Source: a virus. From it: a DNA stretch of 64,000 nt. A program made the translations under genes and the position numbers. This document shows, piece after piece, positions 21,754 to 31,219 of the stretch (positions are counted from its first letter, which is position 1; every line of letters starts with the position of its first letter). The notes under the pieces are model-generated. The model was given only the letters and a program-made list of their open reading frames with translations. It was not told where the DNA came from and ran no database searches. The DNA lies in the IMG/VR virus record IMGVR_UViG_3300005613_002762, positions 1 through 64,000 of that record; one strand, written 5' to 3'.

Positions 21754-24700
21754 TTAATTAAGTGTTACTTTTCCGTTGAATGTTTCTTTTGTATTATTCA
21801 AATTAATGTTAGAATACAAATCTTTTATTCTTTTAGTTTTAGTGTTTAAATCACCAACTGCGGGAGTTACATAGTTACATTTTTTTACGGTATTATCAGG
21901 TAATTTCCATTCGATAGAATCTTTATATTCTTGAGATGTTGATATTTCAGTAAAAATATTTTTAAATATGTCTTGAAAATCAACGTATTCTTTTTGTAGT
22001 GAAGTTGCAACATCTCTAATCCCTTCAATAACATTTGGATTTTTCTTAATTTCAACACCACTTGTTAAATTATTTACTAAACTGGTGTATAATTGTTCAT
22101 TAGTAAATAAAGGTGACATTAAAATGTAAAATCTATTTTGTGGACAATTTTGAAAGAATGATCTTGCTGTTGGTCCGGCAACATAAATACAAGTATTACT
22201 TTTTTCAATGGTCGATGTATTTTCTTTATACTCATCAACCATAACGAAACCTTTTAAATAATTGTTATATTTTGTTATAACATCTTTAACTTTAGTTGTA
22301 TATACATCAAATATAGAACCTTCTGATGATGGACTAAAAAATGTATCGCCACTTAAGTCGTATAATTTAGGTTCGTTACTAGCCAATAATTCACCATCAA
22401 GTTTTGATGCAACAACATCCAATTGTCTAAAAATAAAGTTCAATTCATTTTCAACATTAATTAGACTTGAGGTGTTATCATAAATCACATTTAAGATTGG
22501 TGTTTGTCTTTCACTAACAATAGTCTTTAATTTTTCTTGTAATTCTCTCTTCTCTTTATTGGTCATGTTGTAAGGTGGTTTTATTAAAACCGATGTGAAA
22601 GGATCATTTTCTTGATCGATATCTTTTAAAATTTCACCAATAAGTTTTTCCACTAATTTTTGATATTCGTTAGATTTACCATAAATTGATACTTCAGTTT
22701 TTTCAGGTGTAAAAGGTGATAATTCACCCGTTACATAACTTCTTTTGTGATTAGCAAGTTGCATAGCACCATAAGAATAATCACTACTAATTTTTGAAAT
22801 GCTATCGTAATATGTTTTAAAATACTCTTGTAATTTAGATTGTAATGAATCATATAGTGCGGTATAATCAATTTCCGTTTCATTAGTAATTTGACCAACT
22901 GTTGATCCTCCTTTTTTAGGTTGAACGCTGTTAATTTGTGCTTGTTGTTGTTGCGATACAGGTGGAAGTCCTCCTGTTATTTGTTCAACGACATATTTGT
23001 CCAATTTACTAGTGTCTTCCGTTGCAGTCGCTCTTTCGTCATATATTTCAGTATTTGCATAGTAATTAAAAGATAATGCGTTTTGTAGTTCTTGAACCGG
23101 TTCTTTTAATCCCATACCACCAATAAAATTGAATCCCAAAGATACTTTTGCCAACATTGGTTGAACTCCAATTCCTTCAGGATTCAAATCCAGTTGTTCG
23201 AAAGTTAGACCTAAACTTGTTGGGATTATTTTAGTGTGATAAAAATCACCAATTCTTAAAACTAACACTGGAGGTGCACCAAATGAAGTGTTTAATGCGT
23301 CATTATATTTTGGTCTACCGTCAGGTCCTATAACAGGAATTGTTTGACCAGGTCTTGTGCATTGATGTAAAAATGTAAGTCTTGAATTAAGACCTTCGGG
23401 TGTCATCGAGTGAAAAGATGGTGAAAAGTATTTGATTTTTTCTCTAATATTATCATAAACCATCGGGTCAGTTTCTTTAATAACCTCAAAATAATCACAC
23501 TCCGAAAATAAGTTTCTTAAAATTTTCTTGGATATTCCTTCTTTAATTTTTTGTTCAATAGTAATTTTAGGGTCAGGTTTAATACTTTGTGTGACTTGTG
23601 TTAAAACATCTTGTGGGTTATTATCGATCGTTCCATCATCACCAGGATTTTCATCGGTTACCGGTTTATCAGGTGGTGGGATTGTTGCTTCAATTTTTTG
23701 AATCGCAACTCGTCTACACGCCATAGCGGGTATACTATACCACTGAGCTTCATTAGGAAATGTTGAGTCTGGTATTTTAACACCATTAGCATTAACCGCA
23801 AAACTATCAACATTACAGTTTATATTCTTATTTAAAACATCACCACCTTGAGCATTTGTAACGCTAATGTCATTTGTTTCTGAAGTTGCGGCGGCACTTA
23901 TTGTTTTTGGTATTACAATCTCTTCACCCTGAGGGCTTGGTATTATCTTAAATTTATCTCCGTATTGTTCAATTGTTTTACCGTTTGAAAGTTTTTGAGA
24001 TAAAAACCACTTTCTAACAGAATCAATTCTTCTTTCTGATAATTTTTTATTATACGCCTCCTTTTGTGGTGCTGATGCTGAACCTACCATTGTGATAGTA
24101 ATAGATCCTTCTTTGGTTAAAACCTCATCAATCTGTTTTAAAAGTTCTGTTTGTATTTGATTAAAGTTTCCTTCAATAACTTCACTAAAAAAGTTATTAA
24201 TTCCTGACGCTGAAAATATTTCACCATCTGAATTTACAAATTGTGGTGCTTTTTGTTGGTAAACACTTTTTAATCCTATGTATTGATTGTAATATGTGTC
24301 AAAAGGGAATCGAGATGCCCCTCCTTCTTTATTCTCACCAGGTTTAGTCCCATTAGGACCACCAGGAACATCATTTTCAAAATAAAAACCTAAACTTTCA
24401 TATTTTGACCAATCATAATCGGGTGGTGGATTTTCAACCGTAGTTGTCCCGTTGTTTGTTGAAGTTGGAAGTCCGTTAGCACCTGTGACACTTTCTGTGG
24501 TAGTTGCTTCTTGATCGGAAGGAATACTTTCTAAAACTTGTATTTGTTCTTCTGATGTCAATCTAGGATTATTTAATATTTCTTGGTATGTAAATAAATC
24601 TTTCGTTGGAATCGTATTAAATTTAATACCTAATTCATATAAATCATACTTAACGCAACCGGCAAAGAATGAATCCACGATACTTTGAATTCTTTCTTTT

Positions 24701-26814
24701 TGAACACCTTTTAATTGTTTTTCAATTATTGTATTCATAACTGAAGGGTGATCCACAATAATCGTCCAACTCAACTGTCCTGATCTTTGGGTGTTTTTAT
24801 ATGTATAAATTGGTTCAGGTCTACCTAAGAATGAAGTAGTATTAAAGTCGGGTCTTGAGTCGTCAGAAAAAGTTAAATTATAAGGTGGGAACCACATTAT
24901 TCTACCTCCATTCGGTCCTTTTTCACATACAGGTAATTCATCATATGTAAATCCTGGTCTATCAGATGTTCTCCAAGCCAAGTTTTCGATTGAGAACATA
25001 TACTTTTTAACTTTACCATCAACGATGTTTGTTGACCCAGGGTTTCTTAAAGGTGCAATATTCAAATTATATGTATTATCTAATACTGAGTATTCAAATC
25101 TTCTTCCTTCAGTCGTAATACCTGCACTTTTTTGTAAGTCAGCGTATGTGTAATATGGTGTGTCCTTTTGAAACACTCTACAATACTCAATTCCGGCTTG
25201 TGTTCCATCTGTTTGATCAACATACGATAATACTTGTGAACCTTTGGTTAGCTCCTTATATCCGTCGTTAAACACCTTAGAAACTTGATTAATTGCCGTT
25301 CCAACATGTTTTAATCTAGCTTGTCCTTGAACTTGGTCTGCAGAATTAATTAATTGTTGTGTTGTATCTAAAATTGATCCTGGTTTAAAATCAATGTCGG
25401 TTGATTGATATTGTAAGTAATCTCCCGATATCTGATTAAATTCATCATCTAATGAACCCGTTCCACCACCAGGAGTTGCTTTAAATCCGGCATTTCCTTT
25501 GTATTTTGGTGATGTCCAAACTAATTGACCTGAAGTTCCACCACCATCACTATAAGATTTACCTTTAAGACCAAATTTTATATTTTCTTCATTTCCTTCG
25601 TATAAGATTGCCAACTCTTGTGGTCCATATACTATGGTCGCTTGTTGTTGTCCAAACTGATTAACGGGGACTTGATTAGGTGGTGAATCAATTTGACTTG
25701 GTTCTGCATTTGGACTTCCAACATAGTATTGACCACTAGCCGGTGAGTCTTGACCAACAAGAGCATTACCTAAAGTCGCCAACCCTTGTATTAATCCAAT
25801 GTTATACGATGGTCTATACTGGTTATAATTTAAAGTTGCAAATAAAATTGACCTTGTCCCATTTCCTGTGTTGGCAACAAATATTTCAGATGGGTTTCTT
25901 GTTTTATTTAAAATTGGTGATAATAAACCACCTGTTAAATTATTTACGGTATTTAACGCATTACTAGTTTGTTGGGGATTGTTGTAAGCGTCAGTTTCTT
26001 CAAAATAATCACCAGGAATAAATGACACAGGAAAATAAGTTCCTGTTAATCTATTTGCCAATCCAACAGCCGCTAATGCAGGGTTTTCAGGGACGGTTAT
26101 TCTCCAATCTCTAATAAAGAATGGTTGTTGTCCTGTCGCTAAAAGTGATGCTGAAAAAGGATCTGTGATCGTATCTAAATTAATCGAACCAACAGTTGCC
26201 TGATTAATTTCTTGTGCAATTCTTTCGTTGAATGCAAACTTTAATTGGGTAGCACCAATTTGTGCTAAGAATGTATCTTGAGATAACGGTCCGTTTGAAC
26301 CATTAGGATCATCTTGAAATACAATGTTAAAAGTTGGGTAAGACGAAAAATTATAATAAGCAGGATCCCAATATGGTTGATAGATATTTTGAATTGATGA
26401 TAAATCTGTGATGATTACCAAATCTTTATATCCACCTGTTGGTCCCCATTTATTCGTCACATACGCAGACTCAATATAAAATTCATTTATAATATCTAAA
26501 TTGGTGTCCGCCTTAGGATAATAAGGACCTTGATTAGGGTCTGTAACTGGTGTTACATTTACAGATATTGGATTTCCAAATCCTCCTTCAGGTCCAAATT
26601 CGTTTAAAGGATATAAGTCATTTGCAAATAAATTAGTTGATACTAAATTGTTTGGTGAGTCAGTAACATTTGAAACCGTAAGATTAGTTTCATAGTTAAT
26701 TGGGTTTTCAGGTGATGTGTAAGCACCAGGCACATTGTATGGTGGTAAATTTCTTACCAACAATTGTTTTCTAAACGATTCTGAATTACCAAAAGATAAA
26801 AAACTTTCAGCCAT
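21754..26814 (-). CDS. Large baseplate/tail protein with tube-initiator-like segments and an internal OmpA-C-like domain
   Basis: WFPPYNLTFSD...FLGRPEPIYTYKNTQRSGQLSW and APPVLVLRIGDFY...PMLAKVSLGFNFIGG flank YFENDVP...VGSASAP..EAYNKKLSERRIDSVRKW...CRRVAI. Confidence 0.65.
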   Translation of the reverse strand: MAESFLSFGNSESFRKQLLVRNLPPYNVPGAYTSPENPINYETNLTVSNVTDSPNNLVSTNLFANDLYPLNEFGPEGGFGNPISVNVTPVTDPNQGPYYPKADTNLDIINEFYIESAYVTNKWGPTGGYKDLVIITDLSSIQNIYQPYWDPAYYNFSSYPTFNIVFQDDPNGSNGPLSQDTFLAQIGATQLKFAFNERIAQEINQATVGSINLDTITDPFSASLLATGQQPFFIRDWRITVPENPALAAVGLANRLTGTYFPVSFIPGDYFEETDAYNNPQQTSNALNTVNNLTGGLLSPILNKTRNPSEIFVANTGNGTRSILFATLNYNQYRPSYNIGLIQGLATLGNALVGQDSPASGQYYVGSPNAEPSQIDSPPNQVPVNQFGQQQATIVYGPQELAILYEGNEENIKFGLKGKSYSDGGGTSGQLVWTSPKYKGNAGFKATPGGGTGSLDDEFNQISGDYLQYQSTDIDFKPGSILDTTQQLINSADQVQGQARLKHVGTAINQVSKVFNDGYKELTKGSQVLSYVDQTDGTQAGIEYCRVFQKDTPYYTYADLQKSAGITTEGRRFEYSVLDNTYNLNIAPLRNPGSTNIVDGKVKKYMFSIENLAWRTSDRPGFTYDELPVCEKGPNGGRIMWFPPYNLTFSDDSRPDFNTTSFLGRPEPIYTYKNTQRSGQLSWTIIVDHPSVMNTIIEKQLKGVQKERIQSIVDSFFAGCVKYDLYELGIKFNTIPTKDLFTYQEILNNPRLTSEEQIQVLESIPSDQEATTTESVTGANGLPTSTNNGTTTVENPPPDYDWSKYESLGFYFENDVPGGPNGTKPGENKEGGASRFPFDTYYNQYIGLKSVYQQKAPQFVNSDGEIFSASGINNFFSEVIEGNFNQIQTELLKQIDEVLTKEGSITITMVGSASAPQKEAYNKKLSERRIDSVRKWFLSQKLSNGKTIEQYGDKFKIIPSPQGEEIVIPKTISAAATSETNDISVTNAQGGDVLNKNINCNVDSFAVNANGVKIPDSTFPNEAQWYSIPAMACRRVAIQKIEATIPPPDKPVTDENPGDDGTIDNNPQDVLTQVTQSIKPDPKITIEQKIKEGISKKILRNLFSECDYFEVIKETDPMVYDNIREKIKYFSPSFHSMTPEGLNSRLTFLHQCTRPGQTIPVIGPDGRPKYNDALNTSFGAPPVLVLRIGDFYHTKIIPTSLGLTFEQLDLNPEGIGVQPMLAKVSLGFNFIGGMGLKEPVQELQNALSFNYYANTEIYDERATATEDTSKLDKYVVEQITGGLPPVSQQQQAQINSVQPKKGGSTVGQITNETEIDYTALYDSLQSKLQEYFKTYYDSISKISSDYSYGAMQLANHKRSYVTGELSPFTPEKTEVSIYGKSNEYQKLVEKLIGEILKDIDQENDPFTSVLIKPPYNMTNKEKRELQEKLKTIVSERQTPILNVIYDNTSSLINVENELNFIFRQLDVVASKLDGELLASNEPKLYDLSGDTFFSPSSEGSIFDVYTTKVKDVITKYNNYLKGFVMVDEYKENTSTIEKSNTCIYVAGPTARSFFQNCPQNRFYILMSPLFTNEQLYTSLVNNLTSGVEIKKNPNVIEGIRDVATSLQKEYVDFQDIFKNIFTEISTSQEYKDSIEWKLPDNTVKKCNYVTPAVGDLNTKTKRIKDLYSNINLNNTKETFNGKVTLN

Positions 26815-26868
26815 ATACTTTTTATTATAAATAGATTATAGTCTATTTTTTAGAATAGTATAATAAGG

Positions 26869-28701
26869 TTAATTTTTTGATCCTACCGCCGCCGATGGTG
26901 CGGTTTTATTGGTTAAATTATTATTAATAGAAATTCTACCATCAGGACTTGATGTATATCTATCTAACATTCTATTAACTGTGTCCTGATCTATATTTTT
27001 AGTAACATTGGGGTCACCAGTTATATTCCAATTAACATTAACTGTTTTTGTTTCGTTTACTGTCGGCGGTTGTAAATAAGCCTTATCAACTCTACTTAAG
27101 ACACTTTGAGTAGTTTCACTTAGTGCTGTTTCATATCTTACACTAACATCTTTTATTAAGGATTCAACAGCAGGAAGTATTTGAGATGCTGCATTTGTAA
27201 CACCTTCGGCATCACCACGTAAAACGCTTGTTCCAACATCTTCCATGGGTTTATAAATACCTTCTAAAGATTTTCTCATGTCTTCAGTGCTTCCAACACT
27301 TTTACTAAATCCTTTAGCAATGTCTTTATATGATGATGAAACAACACCATAAAACTTCGATATTGTAGGAGCGGTTGCAGATGCGAACTTAGTTGCAACT
27401 TTACCACTTTCTAATAAATTAAAAATTTGTTTACTCACACCTAATTGGTCTACCGCAATTTCTTCAATACTTTTTGATGAATCTTGTGTTGCTTTTTGTA
27501 AGTCTTTTATGTCATCAGGTGTCAAATCTTCAACTTTTTTCTCTGTAATTTTACCTGTTTCATCATCTCGAACTTTTACAGTTGCAACACCATCTTTCAT
27601 CTGTGCCATTGATGCGATAAGTTCTTTAGTCTCTTGATCACCAACAATACTTGGCATTTTAATTTGTTTTAGCTTCATATCAAAATCTGCAGACTTTAGT
27701 GCCATTTCACTGAATTCTTTTGCTGTCATACCGGCAGCATCAGCAACTTCTCGTAATCTTCTTTTTGCTCCAGGTAAAATTTCCATTTGACCTGTTTTTT
27801 CGTTAAATCTTGTAAACTCTTTACCTAAATTAACCATTTCTTTTTGAAGTTGTTCGGGATCGTTTTGAGCTAAATCCATTGCCCTTAATGGGTCTAGTAA
27901 ACCACTCGATGTCACACCTAATCTTTGTAATGCGGCCGACATTTCAATTGCCCCTTCAGGATTCATTATTTTATCCGCCTGATTAAATACGGTTTGCATA
28001 GATAAACCTAATCTTTCTGATGTTGCGGCCATTTTAGCCAAACCTTTAATTCCACCCTCAAAATTATAAAGGTTCATTTTATCTAAATTTGTAACAACTC
28101 CTTCAGATACCGCTTTGACAGAAACACCAACACTTCTTGCATAATCAACAACCTCTTTCATTCTATCACCAACATCATAGACAGAAACACCAACTTTTCT
28201 AAATTCCGACGCTAATACGCTAACATCTTGCTTTGAAAGTTCAGAAGCGGCTGCTAATTCGACAATAGCTTCTTTACCTAAACTTGCCGAAGTTCCTAGT
28301 CCATCCATCGCCTCTTTAATTGTTGATGCGAATTGGGTTTCTGTCATTCCCATTTTGGTTAACTCAGGAGCGACATCGGCTATGGTGTTTTTAAATTCAT
28401 CCATTCTAGCTTTTGATAAACCAAATGAACTTTGTATTGATGTTGCATATTCGTCTAATTGATTTTGGAAACCAGTATCAGAAAACGCCATAAAAGCATC
28501 CTTCATACTTTCCCCAATTTTTACGGTTTCGTCCTCTATTTGTTTAAGACTTAATGAAAAGGCGTTAAATGACTTTAAAGTTTCTGTTTCGGTGTTTTTT
28601 TGGTTTTCTTTTAAAGATTTATTCCATAACTTCTCATATTTTTCTTTGTCTTCAAGAAGTTTTTTATACTCTTTTTCATCAACCTGTATATAGCCTGCCA
28701 T
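26869..28701 (-). CDS. Probable tail tape measure protein
   Basis: 610-aa Ala/Met/Lys-rich helical protein directly downstream of the tube and chaperone genes and upstream of the baseplate genes. Confidence 0.65.
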   Translation of the reverse strand: MAGYIQVDEKEYKKLLEDKEKYEKLWNKSLKENQKNTETETLKSFNAFSLSLKQIEDETVKIGESMKDAFMAFSDTGFQNQLDEYATSIQSSFGLSKARMDEFKNTIADVAPELTKMGMTETQFASTIKEAMDGLGTSASLGKEAIVELAAASELSKQDVSVLASEFRKVGVSVYDVGDRMKEVVDYARSVGVSVKAVSEGVVTNLDKMNLYNFEGGIKGLAKMAATSERLGLSMQTVFNQADKIMNPEGAIEMSAALQRLGVTSSGLLDPLRAMDLAQNDPEQLQKEMVNLGKEFTRFNEKTGQMEILPGAKRRLREVADAAGMTAKEFSEMALKSADFDMKLKQIKMPSIVGDQETKELIASMAQMKDGVATVKVRDDETGKITEKKVEDLTPDDIKDLQKATQDSSKSIEEIAVDQLGVSKQIFNLLESGKVATKFASATAPTISKFYGVVSSSYKDIAKGFSKSVGSTEDMRKSLEGIYKPMEDVGTSVLRGDAEGVTNAASQILPAVESLIKDVSVRYETALSETTQSVLSRVDKAYLQPPTVNETKTVNVNWNITGDPNVTKNIDQDTVNRMLDRYTSSPDGRISINNNLTNKTAPSAAVGSKN

Positions 28702-28731
28702 ATATGCGTTATTTTATAATAAATACCCCTT

Positions 28732-28884
28732 TTAAGTTTTTTTATTGTCAGAAACATACTTATTGATTAGGTATTTTCTAACATAAGTTGGTATTTTCAT
28801 GAACTCAGAATATTGTGTTCTAAAAATTCTAAAGAAATAATAAAGTTCGTCTAATAGTAGTGACTTATATTGATATGAAAGGCC
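28732..28884 (-). CDS. Unannotated short frame: probable second tail-assembly-chaperone segment, possibly reached by frameshift
   Basis: The +1 frame relative to 28865..29635 reads GLSYQYKSLLLDELYYFFRIFRTQYSEFMKIPTYVRKYLINKYVSDNKKT*. It fills the gap before the tape measure gene and has no ATG in front of it. Confidence 0.65.
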   Translation of the reverse strand, partial: GLSYQYKSLLLDELYYFFRIFRTQYSEFMKIPTYVRKYLINKYVSDNKKT

Positions 28885-29635
28885 GAAAAAATTCCACCCC
28901 AAAGGTGATGTCTGCCATTACCTTTTCTCCTGACGGGGCTATTACTTCTTTTCTTAAGTCCAATCTTGGTTCATTTTCCATTATGAATTTCCTAATGAAT
29001 TTTGAATCAGCAATTGGCATTTTTTCAATTATTGTTGATATTTTAGCCTTATCAGAATCTCCATTGATAGAAATAATATGATAAAAAAGTCTGGTTGTTA
29101 CAGATGGTGCAACTCGTCCTGCAGGATATGATTGAACTATTTTTTCAATTTCAACCTTTTCACCAAATGTTAAAATTTTTAATACGACATTACTTTTAGA
29201 AACAGGTAATTGAACTTCAAATAGTCCTTCGTCGTTTGGTTTAACAGGAGTTTCTTTGTAATTTAACTCATCCAATAATATGTTGGTAGTAAAAGACTGA
29301 TTAGTTCCAGGATCAACAAGAGATATTGTATATTCAGGACCGAAAGATGTATTTCTTAAAAATAGTAAAATTGCTTCAACATCACCATCTATTAATTCTT
29401 CGGGTCTTATATCCCTTTCATAGATTTTATTTCTTAATAAAGGTAAAATTATACTTTCTTGTATACTTTTTTTAAAATCTGCTTCAGCAATAATGTTTTC
29501 ATCTACCGCAGTTAAATATCCTACTTTAATTGATTTTTTTTTGGATTTATAAAATAACCCTCTACTAGGTAATTCTATAATATCGTGCGGTAAATTAAAA
29601 TCTTGTTGTCCCGCAGCATAAACATCTTGTTCCAT
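28865..29635 (-). CDS. Tail/baseplate-hub assembly chaperone (T4 gp26-like)
   Basis: IELPSRGLFY...VGYLTAVDENII...GDVEAILLFLRNTSFGPEY...FGVEFFRP; lies between the tube and tape measure genes. Confidence 0.7.
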   Translation of the reverse strand: MEQDVYAAGQQDFNLPHDIIELPSRGLFYKSKKKSIKVGYLTAVDENIIAEADFKKSIQESIILPLLRNKIYERDIRPEELIDGDVEAILLFLRNTSFGPEYTISLVDPGTNQSFTTNILLDELNYKETPVKPNDEGLFEVQLPVSKSNVVLKILTFGEKVEIEKIVQSYPAGRVAPSVTTRLFYHIISINGDSDKAKISTIIEKMPIADSKFIRKFIMENEPRLDLRKEVIAPSGEKVMADITFGVEFFRPFISI

Positions 29636-29660
29636 ATTGTTCTTATTTTATATTAAAAAT

Positions 29661-29696
29661 AAAAAAAGACCACCACTAGTAAAGTGAAATGGTCTT
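29661..29696 (-). terminator. Probable intrinsic terminator after the tail tube gene
   Basis: AAAGACCA...TGGTCTTT stem with an inner CAC(T)/(A)GTG pair and a T-run on the minus strand. Confidence 0.55.
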
Positions 29697-29717
29697 TATT
29701 ATGAAAAAAATATATTT

Positions 29718-30206
29718 TTAATAAACCAATATACAACGGTCCATTCTCATATTGGCCGAAATTTTAGCCACACCGTCAGATGAATATGTTAAAGATCCAC
29801 CGTCGTATCCTGTTAGAAACGTTCCTTCCAAAATCCATTTCTCAACAACAACACCTGTCGGGTCTAACATTTCAAGGTCAACATTCTTTTTATAACCAGC
29901 AGCATAACCCATACGACCTGTTACTGACTCAGCACACAATCTAATCCATTCCATAACAGCTTGTGTTGCAGAAGGACCAATCGGGTCACGAAAAGTTACC
30001 GGAAGTTCACCCCAAGTAAATCTACCCGCAACATAAGTTGAAGTGTTTAAGAATTGTATCTCGGTTGATCCAATTGTTAGTTTTGGTCTTGATGTTGTTT
30101 CAACATACCACTCATTAATACCAAGTGATGATGGAAATCTCAAAATCCAGCGGTTCTCCCTTTTTGGTTCGTAGGGAATCGGCATTTTCATTAATAAATC
30201 AGCCAT
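29718..30206 (-). CDS. Tail tube protein (T4 gp19-like)
   Basis: EPKRENRWILRF, YVAGRFTW, AVMEWIR, GYAAGYKK, LDPTGVVVEKWILEGTF; downstream of the sheath gene. Confidence 0.88.
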   Translation of the reverse strand: MADLLMKMPIPYEPKRENRWILRFPSSLGINEWYVETTSRPKLTIGSTEIQFLNTSTYVAGRFTWGELPVTFRDPIGPSATQAVMEWIRLCAESVTGRMGYAAGYKKNVDLEMLDPTGVVVEKWILEGTFLTGYDGGSLTYSSDGVAKISANMRMDRCILVY

Positions 30207-30318
30207 ATTTTCTTTTTTTAGTTTTTTTTATTTTGTTTATTATAAATATACTCTACTTGTAATTTTTTCTATTTACTTTCGGTTTTTTAAAAATATAATC
30301 ATAACTAGACCGGACTAG

Positions 30319-31149
30319 TTACTCATATGATGTTTTTCCTTCTTTACTAGTATGATAAATTTTTAAGTCATCTTTATTTGTAAAATGTTTTCTCATTGTT
30401 TGAACATTTCTTAAATCGTCATCTGAAAAACCAACATAAGGTATAAAATAGTTGCTTATCTTATTTTTCATAAATGCCTTTTCTTGAAGTTGTCTTGATA
30501 AGTTTTGAACATACGTCATAAACTCTTTCATCGCAATAACTTTTAATTCTTCAGGATTGGCGGCGGATCCTTCTCCGAAACTAACAGGGTGGAAACGACA
30601 CATATCTAAATAAACTCTAATTAGTTCATCATCAGATAATTCATCTTCATCAGCCAACTCTCTATATTTTTTTAAGTTTTTAACAATTTCTTTTTTATTA
30701 AGTCCGTGTTTGTTTGAGTTGATTAGATTATAGACCGCTCGTTTAAGAACCGATGGTGTATGACCTCTTGCTGTGATAATTGAAAAAATTGAACCATTAT
30801 TAACTGCTTCTACAAAATCATCCCATGCCGGACCAATTGGGGCTTTCATTGAATCAACTAAGAATTTTTTATCTCCAGTAACTCTGAAGTCTCTAAACGC
30901 ATCCTCATCAAACCCAACAATAGTATGTCCTTTATATTCAAAAGGATCAACTCCAATTTCTGTTCTATATTCCGCAAAATCTTCGGTAGACATACCAACA
31001 CTTTTACCTTTATCATCTTTCAAATAAATTTCGGTTGGCATATACATAAGATTATCATCCCAATCAAATGCATAATATTTCATACTTGGTTTTAATTGTT
31101 CTTGAAAAATCTCAGTAATAATTTCTTTTACAATTTTTTTATAATTCAT
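30319..31149 (-). CDS. HAD-superfamily-like protein
   Basis: Motif I YAFDWDDNL, motif II IITARG, conserved Lys (EELKV), motif IV VGFSDDD..NV. Confidence 0.65.
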   Translation of the reverse strand: MNYKKIVKEIITEIFQEQLKPSMKYYAFDWDDNLMYMPTEIYLKDDKGKSVGMSTEDFAEYRTEIGVDPFEYKGHTIVGFDEDAFRDFRVTGDKKFLVDSMKAPIGPAWDDFVEAVNNGSIFSIITARGHTPSVLKRAVYNLINSNKHGLNKKEIVKNLKKYRELADEDELSDDELIRVYLDMCRFHPVSFGEGSAANPEELKVIAMKEFMTYVQNLSRQLQEKAFMKNKISNYFIPYVGFSDDDLRNVQTMRKHFTNKDDLKIYHTSKEGKTSYE

Positions 31150-31170
31150 ATTAATAAATATTCTAATAAT

Positions 31171-31202
31171 AAAAAAAGGGAGATTTTCATCCCCCCTTTT
31201 TC
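31171..31202 (-). terminator. Intrinsic terminator after the tail sheath gene
   Basis: AAAAGGGAGAT-TTTC-ATCCCCCCTTTT imperfect hairpin with a T-run on the minus strand. Confidence 0.6.
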
Positions 31203-31219
31203 TTTTTTAATAAACCAAC

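Noticed and set aside
28850-28891. Canonical -1 frameshift in the tail chaperone
   Set aside because: The -1 frame stops at TAG after about 11 codons (SAFHINISHYY*); only the +1/-2 frame gives a plausible extension.
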